A DNA stretch of 64,000 nt from Selaginella moellendorffii (taxonomy: Eukaryota > Plantae > Lycopodiophyta): the NCBI RefSeq assembly GCF_000143415.4, contig NW_003314264.1:3109710-3173709 (forward strand), in the 5' to 3' direction. Positions within the stretch are counted from its first letter, which is position 1. Each line of letters begins with the position of its first letter. The notes beneath the pieces were generated by a model. It ran no database searches and was not told the origin of the DNA. It was given only the letters and a program-made list of their open reading frames with translations. A program made the translations under genes and the position numbers. This document shows positions 1-12,085 of this stretch, in pieces.

Positions 1-2044
1 TGGATGTATTCCTTCATTAACGTATCCTGTCCAGTTTTTGCATGGTTAGAAAGACCGAGGAAGGGTAAGCGACAGTTTTATTACCTGGACAAGCTGGCTT
101 CGCATGTTAAGCTTTTCCAATGGTGTCTGGCTCGAGGACGAGTCAGGCAGGCACTGGAAAATGGGACTTAAGTCGAAACTTTTTTCTTGATTGGATGGAA
201 GAGGAGAGAGCGCCTCACGCATGGAAGTTCCTAGACAACGAAGCTTTGCACTGAGCGGAGGAGATTTCGGGCTCCCGAGGTTGAAAGGAGAAGTTGGAGC
301 CACGTTTTCTTTCTCGAATTCTTCTGCATCACAGTGGAGTTTCGGTGGCGAAAGCATTACAATTTTTGTACCTGTATGTGCTCCAGTCTGAAACGTAGGC
401 AGTTCTTTAAAAACTTGGAATTTCAAGCCCGTGTCTGTCCGGAACCGGCTGCAAAAAATCGAAAGAGTCAAACCATAACCCGGTACAACTCTTCACTTCT
501 GAACCTGACTTCTGATTCCTCTTTGCAAGATTTTTGCAGCGATGACTTTCCCTTCAGACCCGCTGGGGTGGATCTTTGCAATGGGGAGAATAACCTGGCT
601 GGAGATTTTGCGCAGTTCTTACTTCTTTCCTCTCGCCAAGCTTTAAGTTTTGCTTCCATGTCAACTTTCTCGTGTGGATCGTCTTCAGCGAACTTATTCA
701 CTATCTGTCTTGACTTTGCGGCAAGATTTAAGGTATGTATTGCTTCTTGATACGAGCCCGGGTTCTACTGAATATAAGGTTTAGTACGAAAGCATTTTGT
801 AAAATTGCCAGCAAAACTTACCAGGCATGCAATCATAATGGCACAGCTTGTTCCTCCCAGCGAGTCTTGCAAGATTCGTGTCAGCTTGCTGTCCCTGTAT
901 GGTATCCTAGTTTCTTTCGAGTTCAGCGCACAAATCACGTTTGAAAGAGCAAACAATGATTGATTGATACGACTGCTTTCGGCTAAACGGACACCTTCAT
1001 TTCCAGACCGACGATTATCCTCGTTTCCTGAGACATCAGGCAAATGCATTGAAAACTTTAAAGCATAGAGATCGTTAGAAGCGATGCCATACCTGCAAGA
1101 TCAATAAGGTTGAGCTTCCCGACTGCCATCTTCTCGATGTTATCCAGGTTTCCAGTTGTTACTGACACAGTCAAGATGGCATGACTTCGACTAGAAACGT
1201 CATTTAGTTCAGTCTGGCCCGTCTTACGGCCGGAACAGCCTTTTAAATACACCGCTTGAAACTCCTCGATATCTTTAACAAGAACCTGTTTGAGAATTGA
1301 AGCTTTGAACAAACGACGAAAGGGACAAGGAACTATGCCTTACCTGGGATAAACCGCGAAGCTGAATATGTCCGTGGATATCATCCATCACAGAAACTTC
1401 CATTCGTTTTGGTTCCAAAAGGTCATAGCAGCGATCCATATATATCTCACAGTATGATACATTTATGGTGGCCTCCACCGCATTTGCTATGGAGAGGATT
1501 GCTGCCATAGTTAAGGGAATGAGCCCATCTTTTCCCACTCCCTGGAGAGGAAAAAAAAGAAGAAGAAAAACTTGATTCATTCACAAGGAAGAAACAAGAG
1601 AAACCTCACCTGCATTGTGTGGGTTTTGCCACTGCCAGTAGCTCCATACGCAAAAACCGTAGCGTTGCAACCACGGAAAAGTATCGGAACGATTGGTTCC
1701 ATCTCCATCTTAAATATGTAGCTGATATGGTCCTCGGCTCCATAGCAAAAGTCGAGCTTGTAAGTCTCTCTCCTACTGTTAGACAAAGAACACACAAAGT
1801 TGCCAAGAAAATGGAAGTTTATCCTCTTTCCTTACCCAGTGATCTCGTTCTTTATGTGAAGACTACTCGATTCCGTGTCATTGTCCCTGCTAATGCCAAG
1901 ACAGGAATTCTCGCCTTCTTCCGCGGACAGGAACGGCCGGATCCGGCAAATCACGCGAATCCTCGAGCTGGGCGCGTTCCTGGCGACCCTCGCGGGAGTC
2001 CCCACCAGGGATTTGCCGGGCGTCCGGACCCTAGGGCTCAACAT
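1..2044 (-). CDS. Kinesin-10 family (KIF22/Kid-like) motor protein, multi-exon, 3' end outside window
   Basis: Exons encode [23 protein letters not shown] (P-loop), [47 protein letters not shown]; ATG at 2044. Confidence 0.9.
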
Positions 2045-2194
2045 CCTGGAAGATCTTTGAAACTAGAGGAGAGATCCAGCGCTAGAAATCGCTTACCAGC
2101 TTGAGGAATTGAAAGAGTAGCGATCGAGCGCCTCTTGGTCAGCGTCCTCGCCGGTCTCTGCTCACTCTGAATTCCAAGGCGCCATCGCAACGAG

Positions 2195-2204
2195 GGCCGT
2201 TGGA
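2195..2204 (-). promoter_or_regulatory. MSA (M-phase-specific activator) element TCCAACGGCC upstream of kinesin
   Basis: Matches YCYAACGGYY consensus, about 150 nt upstream of the ATG of a mitotic-type kinesin. Confidence 0.6.
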
Positions 2205-2384
2205 TGGAAACCGGCATATTCCAGCGATCGAGAGCCGCGACTAATTATAAGATTAGCATAAAAGTAACCCTTTCCTACGGTATAAAAGCGAGAGGGGGTT
2301 GCCATTGGCTCGGCTATCGGCTATTCGGCAATAGGTTTTTGAGAGGAGAGAGAAGAGAGAAGAGAAGGGAAGAGATCAAGAGAG

Positions 2385-2785
2385 ATGGCACGCACTGAGG
2401 GATGTGGCTGCGCTACTCCATGCCCTTGCGGCGACGCTTGCAAGTAATCTCTCTCGCCCCCTCTCCCTTTTGCCCAAGCTTTAGACACTAATCGCTGTGT
2501 GTGCTTTCATCTATAGGTGTGGGATGGACAAGGAGAAATCGTCCGCTCCAGGCGCTGAGACCTCATCGTAAGTTTGGATCGTGCTCGAATTCGCGGCCCT
2601 TTTCAATCTTTTGATTGATGGCTTTGGCTTTGCGCAGATCGTTTTGCAGCTGCGGCGAGAAGTGCAGCTGCGACCCTTGCTCGTGCTCCAGGGTGAGCGC
2701 CTCGGGCGACGGCTTCTGCAAGTGTGGCAGCGAGTGCAAGTGTGACAAGTGCTCCTGCGCCAAGTCGGTGGTGGCGACGGCGTGA
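2385..2785 (+). CDS. Metallothionein, three Cys clusters (type 4/Ec-like), 85 aa, 3 exons (2385-2443, 2517-2567, 2638-2785)
   Basis: Spliced translation MARTEGCGCATPCPCGDACKCGMDKEKSSAPGAETSSSFCSCGEKCSCDPCSCSRVSASGDGFCKCGSECKCDKCSCAKSVVATA*; canonical in-phase GT-AG introns; TATAAAA at 2281. Confidence 0.92.
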
Positions 2786-3130
2786 ACCAAGTGTCCTGAG
2801 CGTACTCCATGTAAGAGGAAACATGTGTTCCCTGTTGTCTAGAGGACAGTTTATAAAAGCTTGTACTTTCTAGCTTCTTATGAATCAAACAAAAGTTCCA
2901 TCGTTTTCCTTATAACTTTTCCTTAGTACATTCCATGTTTTAAGCCCACATCAAACTCATCATAAAAATAAAAGACCAAACATGCATATCACACACTTGT
3001 ACAGGCCAAAACATTTCACTCTCATAGTCATCGGTCAAACTCAAAAATGTCAACGGTCAATTCTAATATTAGGGCTCTTAAAATCTAGGATCCCTAAAAC
3101 GCGCGGGTTTCTTGAATCTAGGGCTGGTGT

Positions 3131-4534
3131 ATGGAAGAGAGGCATGGCGCACGGCCGCAGCACCAGGTGAGTAGTAGCTCCGGGGGATCCTACGCGCATC
3201 CGCCGGAATGCCGCATCATCGACCTCCCCCCGGTGGTAATCCTCGAGATTTTCCGGCATTTGGACCCGCGGGAGCTGTCCGTGGTGGCGTGCGTGTGCCC
3301 GCTCTTCCGCATCCTCGCCTCGGACAGCCACGGCTGGAAGGAGTACTACTGCGAGCGATGGGGGCTGCCCGGCGCCGTCGCCCCGGCGCACGAATGGAAG
3401 CAGCTCTATGTGGCCAGGGAGACGCGCTGCAAGGCGCTGCTGGGGCGATTCAAGCTGGATCTTCTGTGCGGCCACACCGAGACCGTGAGGGCGGTGAGGA
3501 TGGTACCGGCCAGGAACTTGGTGGTGTCTGCCGGATACGACTCCTCGGTGAGGATCTGGGATGTGGGCGATGGCCTCCCGGCGGCGTGGTCGCAGCCGCT
3601 GGGTGAGACCATTCGGGCTGTGGCGGTGGACGGTGAGCTCCTGGCTGTTGGTGGGAGCTCCGTGGTGAGAGTCTGGCACGCCAGCCCGGGTTGCTCCCAC
3701 CTGTTTGATCTGGCGAGGAACTCGAGCGGGCGGTTCCTGCGTGGACACTCGGGTCCCGTGACGTGCCTGGGCCTGGACGCTGGAGCTCTATACAGTGGTT
3801 CCTGGGACATGACCGTGAAGATCTGGAAAAGGCACCGGCTGGAGAAGTTCTCGCAAAGCTTGCACCACTCGGACTGGGTCTGGGGCCTGGTTGCTCGCGG
3901 GGAGTGTGTGCTGAGCACCTCCGGCAGTGATGCTTACTCCTGGGACGTGGAGACCGGGGCTTTGCTGAGGTTCCGGCCTTGCGTCCATCGAGGCAATGCT
4001 CTTGCCGTGGAAGGCAGCCGGACTGGAAGCTTTCTCATCACTGGCGGAGAGGATGGAGCTGTGCGGGTGTTCGACAACAGGATTCCACCGTCGGTGACTC
4101 TGGCAGGAGAATGCAGCGAGAATGACGCGGTGGCAGCATGGCTTCCCCACTCGGCCGCAGTGAATTCTCTAGCTTTTGACGATCCTTCGCTCGTCTCGGC
4201 CTCGGCGGATGGCTCCATAGCTCTCATGGACCTGAGGCACGTCATGAGGAAAGGAAGCATCAAGTCGAGAGCGGCAGCCACGGTGAAGCGGCCCTACACT
4301 TGCGTGGTGAAAGGAGACACGGTGCAAAGGATGCTGTCCAGCGGTGGCTCTTGTGCTTACTCGGTGGACATTGGCTCGGACAGGATTGTGAGTGCCGGGG
4401 AGGGGACGGCGATCAAGGTCTGGGACTTCTCCCAGGCTCTCGAGTTTGAGAAGAAAACACAGGCGCTTCGAAGCGTCCGGAGAGAGCAGAGAGCTCAGCG
4501 GAAGCTCGCGATTAAGAACAGGAGAAAGGAATGA
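3131..4534 (+). CDS. F-box/WD40-repeat protein
   Basis: F-box (IIDLPPVVILEIFRHL...VCPLF) followed by WD40 repeats (GHTETVRAV...IWD; GHSGPVTCL...SGSWDMTVKIW); single 467-aa ORF. Confidence 0.9.
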   Translation: MEERHGARPQHQVSSSSGGSYAHPPECRIIDLPPVVILEIFRHLDPRELSVVACVCPLFRILASDSHGWKEYYCERWGLPGAVAPAHEWKQLYVARETRCKALLGRFKLDLLCGHTETVRAVRMVPARNLVVSAGYDSSVRIWDVGDGLPAAWSQPLGETIRAVAVDGELLAVGGSSVVRVWHASPGCSHLFDLARNSSGRFLRGHSGPVTCLGLDAGALYSGSWDMTVKIWKRHRLEKFSQSLHHSDWVWGLVARGECVLSTSGSDAYSWDVETGALLRFRPCVHRGNALAVEGSRTGSFLITGGEDGAVRVFDNRIPPSVTLAGECSENDAVAAWLPHSAAVNSLAFDDPSLVSASADGSIALMDLRHVMRKGSIKSRAAATVKRPYTCVVKGDTVQRMLSSGGSCAYSVDIGSDRIVSAGEGTAIKVWDFSQALEFEKKTQALRSVRREQRAQRKLAIKNRRKE

Positions 4535-4816
4535 CTATAGGTGATGCCAGGAACTTCGGTTCAGCGATAAAGGGGATCGACTACACAAAGTTGGTAACGC
4601 TCGAGATCGATCTCAACTCACGGACATTATTTCAAAACAAAATGGTCTTGAAGATCATGCTTCTGGAGATCAGTCTCCATTAAAAAAACAAATTTTCTCA
4701 ATCATTACCGAAGATGTAACTCGAAGATCATGCCTCTGGGAATCAGGCTTCCAACAAAAAACCAAAATTTTCAATATCTTAGAAGTATCAAAGCGAAAGA
4801 ACACCTTGTACGTGAG

Positions 4817-6730
4817 TCAATCACGAAGAACCCCGGAAAGAAGGTTGCGAACCTGTCGCATTGTTGGCCTGTTTCCCGGATTGCTATCTACGCATCGCAG
4901 CGCCGTGACAAGCACAGTGGTAGCCTCCTCCGCGTTGAAAATTCCCATGAGCCTTGGATCCACGACACCCAAGAGCTTCCCGGCCGCGTACTCCTCCTCC
5001 ACCCATGGCAGCAGCAGCCATGCTTTGTGATCCTTCTCCTCCTTGGAGCTCCCAATCACGCGCCTCCCAGTCACAACCTCGAGCGCCACCACGCCATAGC
5101 TGTAGACATCCGACGCGGGCGTGAACTTGTACGTGACCCCGACCTCGGGCGCGATGTATCCCAGCGTCCCCGCGAGCGTGGTGACGCGTGCGCTCACGTC
5201 ATGGCTGGCTGTGCGCGCGAGGCCAAAGTCGCCCAGCCTCGCGCGAAACTCGTCGTCCAGCATCACGTTGCTGCATTTCACGTCGCGGTGGATGATCTGC
5301 TGCTCCCAGTCCTCGTGGAGGTAGATGAGCGCGGCGGCGAGGCCCGAGAGGATCCGGAGCCGCGCGTCCCAGAGGAGGAGCAGCGCGTCACCTTTGTGGA
5401 AGAGCGCCGACTCGACGCTCCCCTGGGGCATGTAGTCGTAGACGAGGACGAGCTCGCGGTGGTCGCGCGCGCAGTGCCAGCCGCGGAGAGGGACAAGGTT
5501 GCGGTGGCTGAGCTTGCTGATGATCTGGAGCTCCGCCAGGAACTCTCGCTCGCCCTGGTGCGAGTCCCGCGCCATCTTCTTGATGGCCACCGGGGAGTTC
5601 TCGCCGGGGAGGATGCCACGGTAGACGCTGCCAAAGCCGCCTGTGCCCAGGAGGTTGTGCTCGCTAAACTCTTGGGTGGCGGCGGCGAGCTGCGCGTAGG
5701 GGATCTCGTGTGGCAGCGGCACAAGGTCCTTGGACAAGCTCTTCTTCTTCTTCTTCTCGGATGGGAAGCCAAGTTTGCTCCAGGGATTTTTGACAAGCCA
5801 GCTGACGACAGCGAGGAGCAGCAACGCGGCCAGGAGCGCCAGGAGTGATGCAGTGACGATGAAGTAAACCTTGAATCGATCTTTCTTCTTTCCACCATCG
5901 ACCACTGTCACTGGTGATGGAGAAGGAATCCTCTCCAATCTGCTCGAGAAGTTCCAGGACAGGATCCGGTGGAAGTCGAGGTTGGCGGTGCCAGAGCCGG
6001 CAGAGAAGCCCACGTACGAGACATCGCTGACATAGGCGCACAAATTCACGCTGTGCTCCAGCACCGGGTCGCCCAAGTTCCGGAATGATGGGTCGGAGGA
6101 GACGAACACTCGCAGCCTCTGCACGGCGGCATCGTAGTCGATCCTCGCCGCGACGGCACCGAGGCCAAGAGAGATCCCCCGCGGATAGAGCGAGCTCGAG
6201 TTCACGGACAGGATCCCGTTGATGTCGAGGCCGACGTGGTTGTCATCGATGTCCTGGAACGCGGGATAGTCTGGTGGAAAGTTCCTGAAAGTGTCGAATT
6301 CCACCGCGACGATGCGGTTGCTCGCGCGGCCATTCGCGGAGGGATCGAACAAGCCCAGCCAGCGGCCAAAGCCAGCGGAGGAGGTGGCGACGAGGTTAGG
6401 GGCGATAGTGAACGCGAGGCCATCGGCATTGACCTGTGTGGAGTCGTTCTTGGTGATGGCGAAGACGAACTCGGTGGAGAAGGAGGCGCCGGCGCCGGCG
6501 GATGCGTTGCAAAGCTGGATCTCCTGCCGCTTCATGATCCTGCCATAGCTCGCCAGGCGATTGCCGGTGAGCCGCAGCTCGCCATTGTTGAAGGTCGCGT
6601 CGCCAGTGGCCAGAAACTCGTTGCGTGCCTGGGGCGAGAAGTTGCTGTATGTGAAACTTACGTGATCATCAAGCGCTGCTGTTGCGCCTAGTGCCACGAT
6701 CGAAAGCACGATCGCCAGAGCTTTGGCCAT
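4817..6730 (-). CDS. L-type (legume) lectin receptor-like kinase
   Basis: Signal peptide MAKALAIVLS, lectin motifs ADGLAF/VAVEFDT/NHVGLDIN/YVGFSA, TM helix, kinase GTGGFGSVY, HRDVK, DFG; intronless; first ATG at 6730. Confidence 0.93.
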   Translation of the reverse strand: MAKALAIVLSIVALGATAALDDHVSFTYSNFSPQARNEFLATGDATFNNGELRLTGNRLASYGRIMKRQEIQLCNASAGAGASFSTEFVFAITKNDSTQVNADGLAFTIAPNLVATSSAGFGRWLGLFDPSANGRASNRIVAVEFDTFRNFPPDYPAFQDIDDNHVGLDINGILSVNSSSLYPRGISLGLGAVAARIDYDAAVQRLRVFVSSDPSFRNLGDPVLEHSVNLCAYVSDVSYVGFSAGSGTANLDFHRILSWNFSSRLERIPSPSPVTVVDGGKKKDRFKVYFIVTASLLALLAALLLLAVVSWLVKNPWSKLGFPSEKKKKKSLSKDLVPLPHEIPYAQLAAATQEFSEHNLLGTGGFGSVYRGILPGENSPVAIKKMARDSHQGEREFLAELQIISKLSHRNLVPLRGWHCARDHRELVLVYDYMPQGSVESALFHKGDALLLLWDARLRILSGLAAALIYLHEDWEQQIIHRDVKCSNVMLDDEFRARLGDFGLARTASHDVSARVTTLAGTLGYIAPEVGVTYKFTPASDVYSYGVVALEVVTGRRVIGSSKEEKDHKAWLLLPWVEEEYAAGKLLGVVDPRLMGIFNAEEATTVLVTALRCVDSNPGNRPTMRQVRNLLSGVLRD

Positions 6731-6933
6731 GGGACCAACCAACGCTAGAAGAGCAAACTCGTGCGTGGTCGACACGGCTAGACCGATGTTGAAGCGTGAT
6801 CTAATACTTTGAAGGAGGTCCTGGGTTCAATCCTCGGCCTGTTCAAGTCCATTTTCCATCGTCTCTTTTGTTATCGGTACCTTGACAGGATAGTTCCCGG
6901 AACTCGAGCCTTTTTTAATTAGTGAGCAATCTG

Positions 6934-8587
6934 TTAGTAACACTTTCGGTGGACGATGTTTGGCCCATACTCATCGTAGTCTCCCTTGGTGAGATGCTGG
7001 TTTTGAGGGAACACCACCTTGGCGAGGATGGCGCCGCCAATCCATGCCGAGTATTGCAGCGTGCGCTCTGGCATGTACTCCGGAGGCTGCGAAAGTGGAG
7101 AGAATGAGAAAGACGAAAGCCAGAAAAGTTTCACTGCTTTTTTTTTACCTTCACTACGGAGGGCCGCAAGGAGGGAGTTCCGTGAAGAGACACCTCCTTC
7201 TGAAAGCGAGCTTCAAAACCTGGGAAGTGCTTGGAAGGTGAGCTAGGAAAGAACAAAGATCAAATCTTGCCTTTCATCGTTGAAGTGCCTCCACACAGCA
7301 CAATGTTCTCGATCAAAGGCTTCTGGCATTCGGCGGGAGAGCAGAGGGAAAGGCTTCTCACAAGCTGCTCTGTGATCCCATATTCCTGGATTTCCACAAG
7401 TGATGGCTGATAGAGCACCTCACCAAGTGTGTATCTTTCACTTCCAACAGAAATTACCTGTCTCCACAAACACGAGCTATGAAAACATACACAGCAGCAA
7501 AAGCTTACCCGACCGTCAGGTAGCGTGTGTTCTATGACAGATCCATCAGCCACCTTCTTCTCGTAATCCACAGAATCGTCCAGACTCACTGCTACTGCTT
7601 CTTTGATCTGCTCCAGCGCAAAACCATCCAGCTTCGTGTGAGGATTGGACTTGGCCAGCTTAGCCCCGAGGAGCTCTGTCAAGTCCTGTCCAGCGTACTC
7701 GAACCGCTTGACGGCGTTGTGCTGGATTCCACCCTCCCACACGGGCGCAATATCTGCAGCGAAAACAAGTCTTGTGCACCATTCGTTACATTGTTACACA
7801 ACGTTACCAGAGCCACTGTGAATGAGTACCTATTTTCCCATGTCCGACGTCCACTGCACAGCCAGAGATGCGTCCCACAGCATACACGGACAGCACTGGT
7901 TGCTCCACGGCATAGAAGCCATTCACATTGAAAGTTTCAAACATAAGTTGGACGGTCTTCTCCCTTGCAATCTGTCACAGAAAATCAAGCATGAGTTTCA
8001 AACAGTTCACAGATGCCATGACGATGACAAGGAGTCCAAAAAAAAAGCGAAAACCATGTCCATGACTTGATACAAAGAAGAAGTCATGCAAAAAGATAGA
8101 AGAACAAGGATACCGAAAACCATGTCTCCCTAGCTACGAGTGAACACAAAGAAGTCAGTCATACAAAATGAAAGAAAGAAGAACGAAGGAAACAAAGAAA
8201 GGACAAAAGAAAGAGGCTTGCCTTTCGTGTGAGCAGTGAGTCGGCAATTAAAATTTGGCCCTCGTTTCCAACCTCCCAGCCCAGGCCTGTGTAGAAAACA
8301 TACCTCCACAGGTCTTCCATGGCTTCCCAGTCATGGATAGCTCCTCTCTCGATGGGATTCACGGCATTCTCCTTCCAATCGTCTCCATTCAAGTCGATCT
8401 TGTCGATGTCGCCCTCGTCCGCCTTGGTCATTGCCGTTTGCATCACCTACAGGCGGAGCGCAAGCATCTAAACCCAATGCCGATGGATTCCTAGAGTGAT
8501 TACCAGCTGAGGATCTTGCTCGGGGATCGCGAAGCCGGCCTTGAGCAGCCTGGAGCCGGCGTCGATCACTATCGCCTCTGCTGCCAT
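6934..8587 (-). CDS. ARP7: Actin-related protein 7, multi-exon
   Basis: N-term [22 protein letters not shown]; C-term PPEYMP...[38 protein letters not shown] typical of plant ARP7. Confidence 0.9.
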
Positions 8588-8675
8588 AGCGGACAAGAAC
8601 CCTAAATTCTCTCGGTTTGCTTTATATCTCGCGTTCGATTCTCCTGGCTAACAAAAAGCTAACAAAACTTCGTCG

Positions 8676-11248
8676 TTAGGCGGCCATAACTAGAACTTTG
8701 ATGGTTCCCTGGCTATTGGCGGCTAACAAAGTTGGACTGTCGCTCTTCCAACACACGGCGCTGATGAAATGCAATGAGTCGTCTAAGCTTCCAAATCGGT
8801 GTCGAGTTGCTGGTCTAGAGATCGCCTGGAAAAAAAAAAAAGTATGAGAAACACTTCCGAAGATGAGAAGAAAAATTCGCATTTTTACCTTGTGATACAC
8901 GAACACTTCGTTGGTTTCACTTCCACAGGTTACGTAGTCACTGTTACCGCTCAAACCAACGAAGTTCCTCTCGTTGATATGCCCAGTTAGCGTTCTAATC
9001 TGCATGGAAGCTAGAAGTTTAAAACAAGAGCTTCAAAACAAGAGCGAGCTTACCGGAGTGTTGGTTCTGACATTCCAGATCCGCAAGGTGCTATCAGTCG
9101 ATGCGGACACGAGCTCCTCCGGCGTGATGAACTTCACGTACGAGACGGTCTTTTGGTGGCCGCTAAAGGTGTGGACTGGCGAAGCAGGAGAGCGCAAATC
9201 GTAGTAATGTATGCGGTGATCGGCCGATCCAACCTGCAAATGCTTGGAAATGAATAAAACACCACTGCACCAAACCGATAACTCACAAGAGATAGAAAAA
9301 GAGTACCGCTACAAAATTGCTGGAGCTGGGATTGAACTTGACGCAGCAGATGTTGGCTTTCATGTCGATTCCCATGACGCTGCTCTCCTGTCGAGTAGAC
9401 CACACTTTGAGCTGCAAGTTTTTCTCAAAGTTAGATGGAAACAAAGAATTTTCAAAAAGATACGTTCTAACCTTGCCATCGTCACTGCCAGAAACAAGTA
9501 AATTGGGATCGGTTCTAGCAAAATCGACACTCCACGCTCGCTTGGCATGCTCTTCGTACTCCATGATACTCTGAAATCAAGATAGGAACGGATGATAAGA
9601 TTCAAGCTCTCTAACATTCATTACCTGCGCATTATTCACGTCCCATATGGTGACACTCCCATCGTAGTCGCTGCTCGCAATGTGGTGTTTGATGCATTTG
9701 TTCCAGCTGAGGCAGCTGAGCTTCGCACGCGAAGGGATCTCCATCGCCGGATAATGCACGTCCGCGCTGCTATTAACAACCTGTAACCACACCTTCGGTC
9801 AGGAGTGACTTAAGAAAACAATGGTAAACTCGTTACTTACGGCAGAGTACTCGAACACTTTTATCCTACGGGACACTCCCGCAGTAGCGAAGAACTCGTC
9901 GTCCCTGTCAAACTCTATGCTGCGAACAAAACAAGCGTTCGTTTTTCTCAGTTCTTAGAAACTAGCTTTTACGCAAACCTGGAGACTATATTGGAATTCT
10001 GGAAAAGATCAGGATGTCGTACTTCAGCGACCACCCGGAGCTGGCTGCGGTTACAAGAGATCCAAAGATGTAAATCCGAGTCAACAACAAAACTAGCTTT
10101 ACTTCACCTGTATCGCGTGAAAGAATTAAGAACGGCTTGGAAGTCTTCCAATCCTGTGGCATGACTCGACAAGCTCTCGCCTGTCTCACTAGGATCTTGT
10201 GATTGCTTTCGCTTTTGCAAATAACAATCTTGCAGGTCTTCAAACTGTGCACCACACACAGAGGAAGTTGGCCGACTGTTACAATCAAGAAAGCCAAGGA
10301 GCATACCTGAGAAAGCACTCGCCTCTTTTTCGAAAGAACCTCACTTTCTCTCACTCCAGACGTTCCCTCGTCATCAGTTTGCGCTCGCTTAAGACGAGCT
10401 TTTTCTCCATCCGGGGATCTCCCTTCCGCTTCGGACGCCTTGGCGCGACAGCGAGAGCTAGGAAGCTTTTGGTGAACAGGCGACGCATGACGTTCTTTGG
10501 ATTTCTTCAAGCTAGTCGCCTGCTTTTCAACAGCAGCAATGTCTTCCTTGAGCCATTGCAGGTCTGTTTGTATCTGAACGAAGAAAACGTCGTGAGTAAG
10601 ATCACAGGTCCGGAGTTCTCACCTCGTTTAACTCTTGCTGCTTCTGTTGCCTTGACCGCTGCAAGAAATCATGCAAGACCTCCAAATTTGTTTCAGCCTC
10701 CTCCCGTTCGGCCTTGCGTTTCTTTTCAGTCAACAAACTCAAAAGTGTATCGATGTCTTTCATCGAGATGTCTGCTCCCTGAGAATCACAAACAAAACAT
10801 CAGCACAATCACTAAAAACCAAACTTTTCGACAAAAAAGACCTGTTTGAGAGCAAGCCGCAGGTGCTCTCCCGGTGACGCAGAGCTGGCAACTTGGCACA
10901 CACTCGCCTTCCTCAAAATCTAGAACAGAGGAAACCATGGAACATCAAACTTCCGAGCAAGATGGCAAAACAAATCGATGGTACCTTGTTGAGAAGGAAA
11001 TTTGGGTAGAGCTGGCCGCTGGTCAAGTAAGCTCCACAGCAGGGACAGTTGCTCTTGATGTTTAGATGCGTCATGATGCACATATAGCAAAAGCTGTGGC
11101 CGCAGCTCGTCAAAAACGCGTCTTTGATCGTCTGGATGCATATCGGGCACAGGAAATCCCTGTCGAGCTCGAGATTGTAGCTGGAGGCCTCGGTTCTCGT
11201 CCCACACACGGATGGAACTTGGGCAGCGTCAGAGGGGCGAGCTTGCAT
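8676..11248 (-). CDS. COP1: COP1 E3 ubiquitin ligase homolog (RING + coiled coil + WD40), multi-exon
   Basis: [53 protein letters not shown]40 [15 protein letters not shown]-term [15 protein letters not shown]. Confidence 0.92.
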
Positions 11249-11589
11249 CTCCGTGAGCCTCTAACATTCTCTCGCCTTAATAGGACGAACTTACAAGACC
11301 CCGCACTTCTTCTTTTCTGCCTTCTTCGTCTTCTCGCCCGTCCCGCTCTAGGGATTATTGTTGTGTGAGAGCGAGGAATGTCGGGCATATTCTAAGGGTG
11401 ATTACGTGGCCGGCCGTGATTGGAGGACATCTCAGGTCGGTAAGAAGCCACGATAAGGGCCATCCCGCCGTCCAGGCCCACGTGGTGTCTACCAGCTTCA
11501 ACTTCGTCAAACCAACCAAGAGTCAAGTCAATGCGTAGAAACAGTAGTCTCACAAGAGATGACGGTGTGAAATGTGCTCCGGAATGTGC

Positions 11590-11947
11590 TCTCTAGCTTT
11601 TGACGATCGTCTCGGGCTCGGCGGATGGCTCCATAGCTCTCACGGACCTGAGGCACGTCACGAGGAAAGGAAGCATCAAGTCGAGAGCGGCAGCCACGGT
11701 GAAGCGCCCCTACACTTGCGTGGTGAAAGGAGACACGGTGCAAAGGATGCTGTCCAGCGGTGGCTCTTGCGCTTACTCGGTGGACATTGGCTCGGACAGG
11801 ATTGTGAGTGCCGGGGAGGGGACGGCGATCAAGGTCTGGGACTTCTCCCAGGCTCTCGAGTTTGAGAAGAAAACACAGGCGCTTCGAAGCGTCTGGAGAG
11901 AGCAGAGAGCTCAGCGGAAGAACGCGATTAAGAACAGGAGAAACTAG
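11590..11947 (+). pseudogene. 3' fragment of F-box/WD40 gene
   Basis: Near-identical to 4166-4530; no 5' part. Confidence 0.9.
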
Positions 11948-12085
11948 TAGGTGGTGCCAGGAACTTCGGTTCAGCGATAACTACACAAAGTTGGTAACGC
12001 TTGAGATCGATCTCAACTCGACATTATTTCAAAACAAAATGATCTTGAAGATCATGCTTCTGGAGATTAGTCTCCATTAAAAAAC

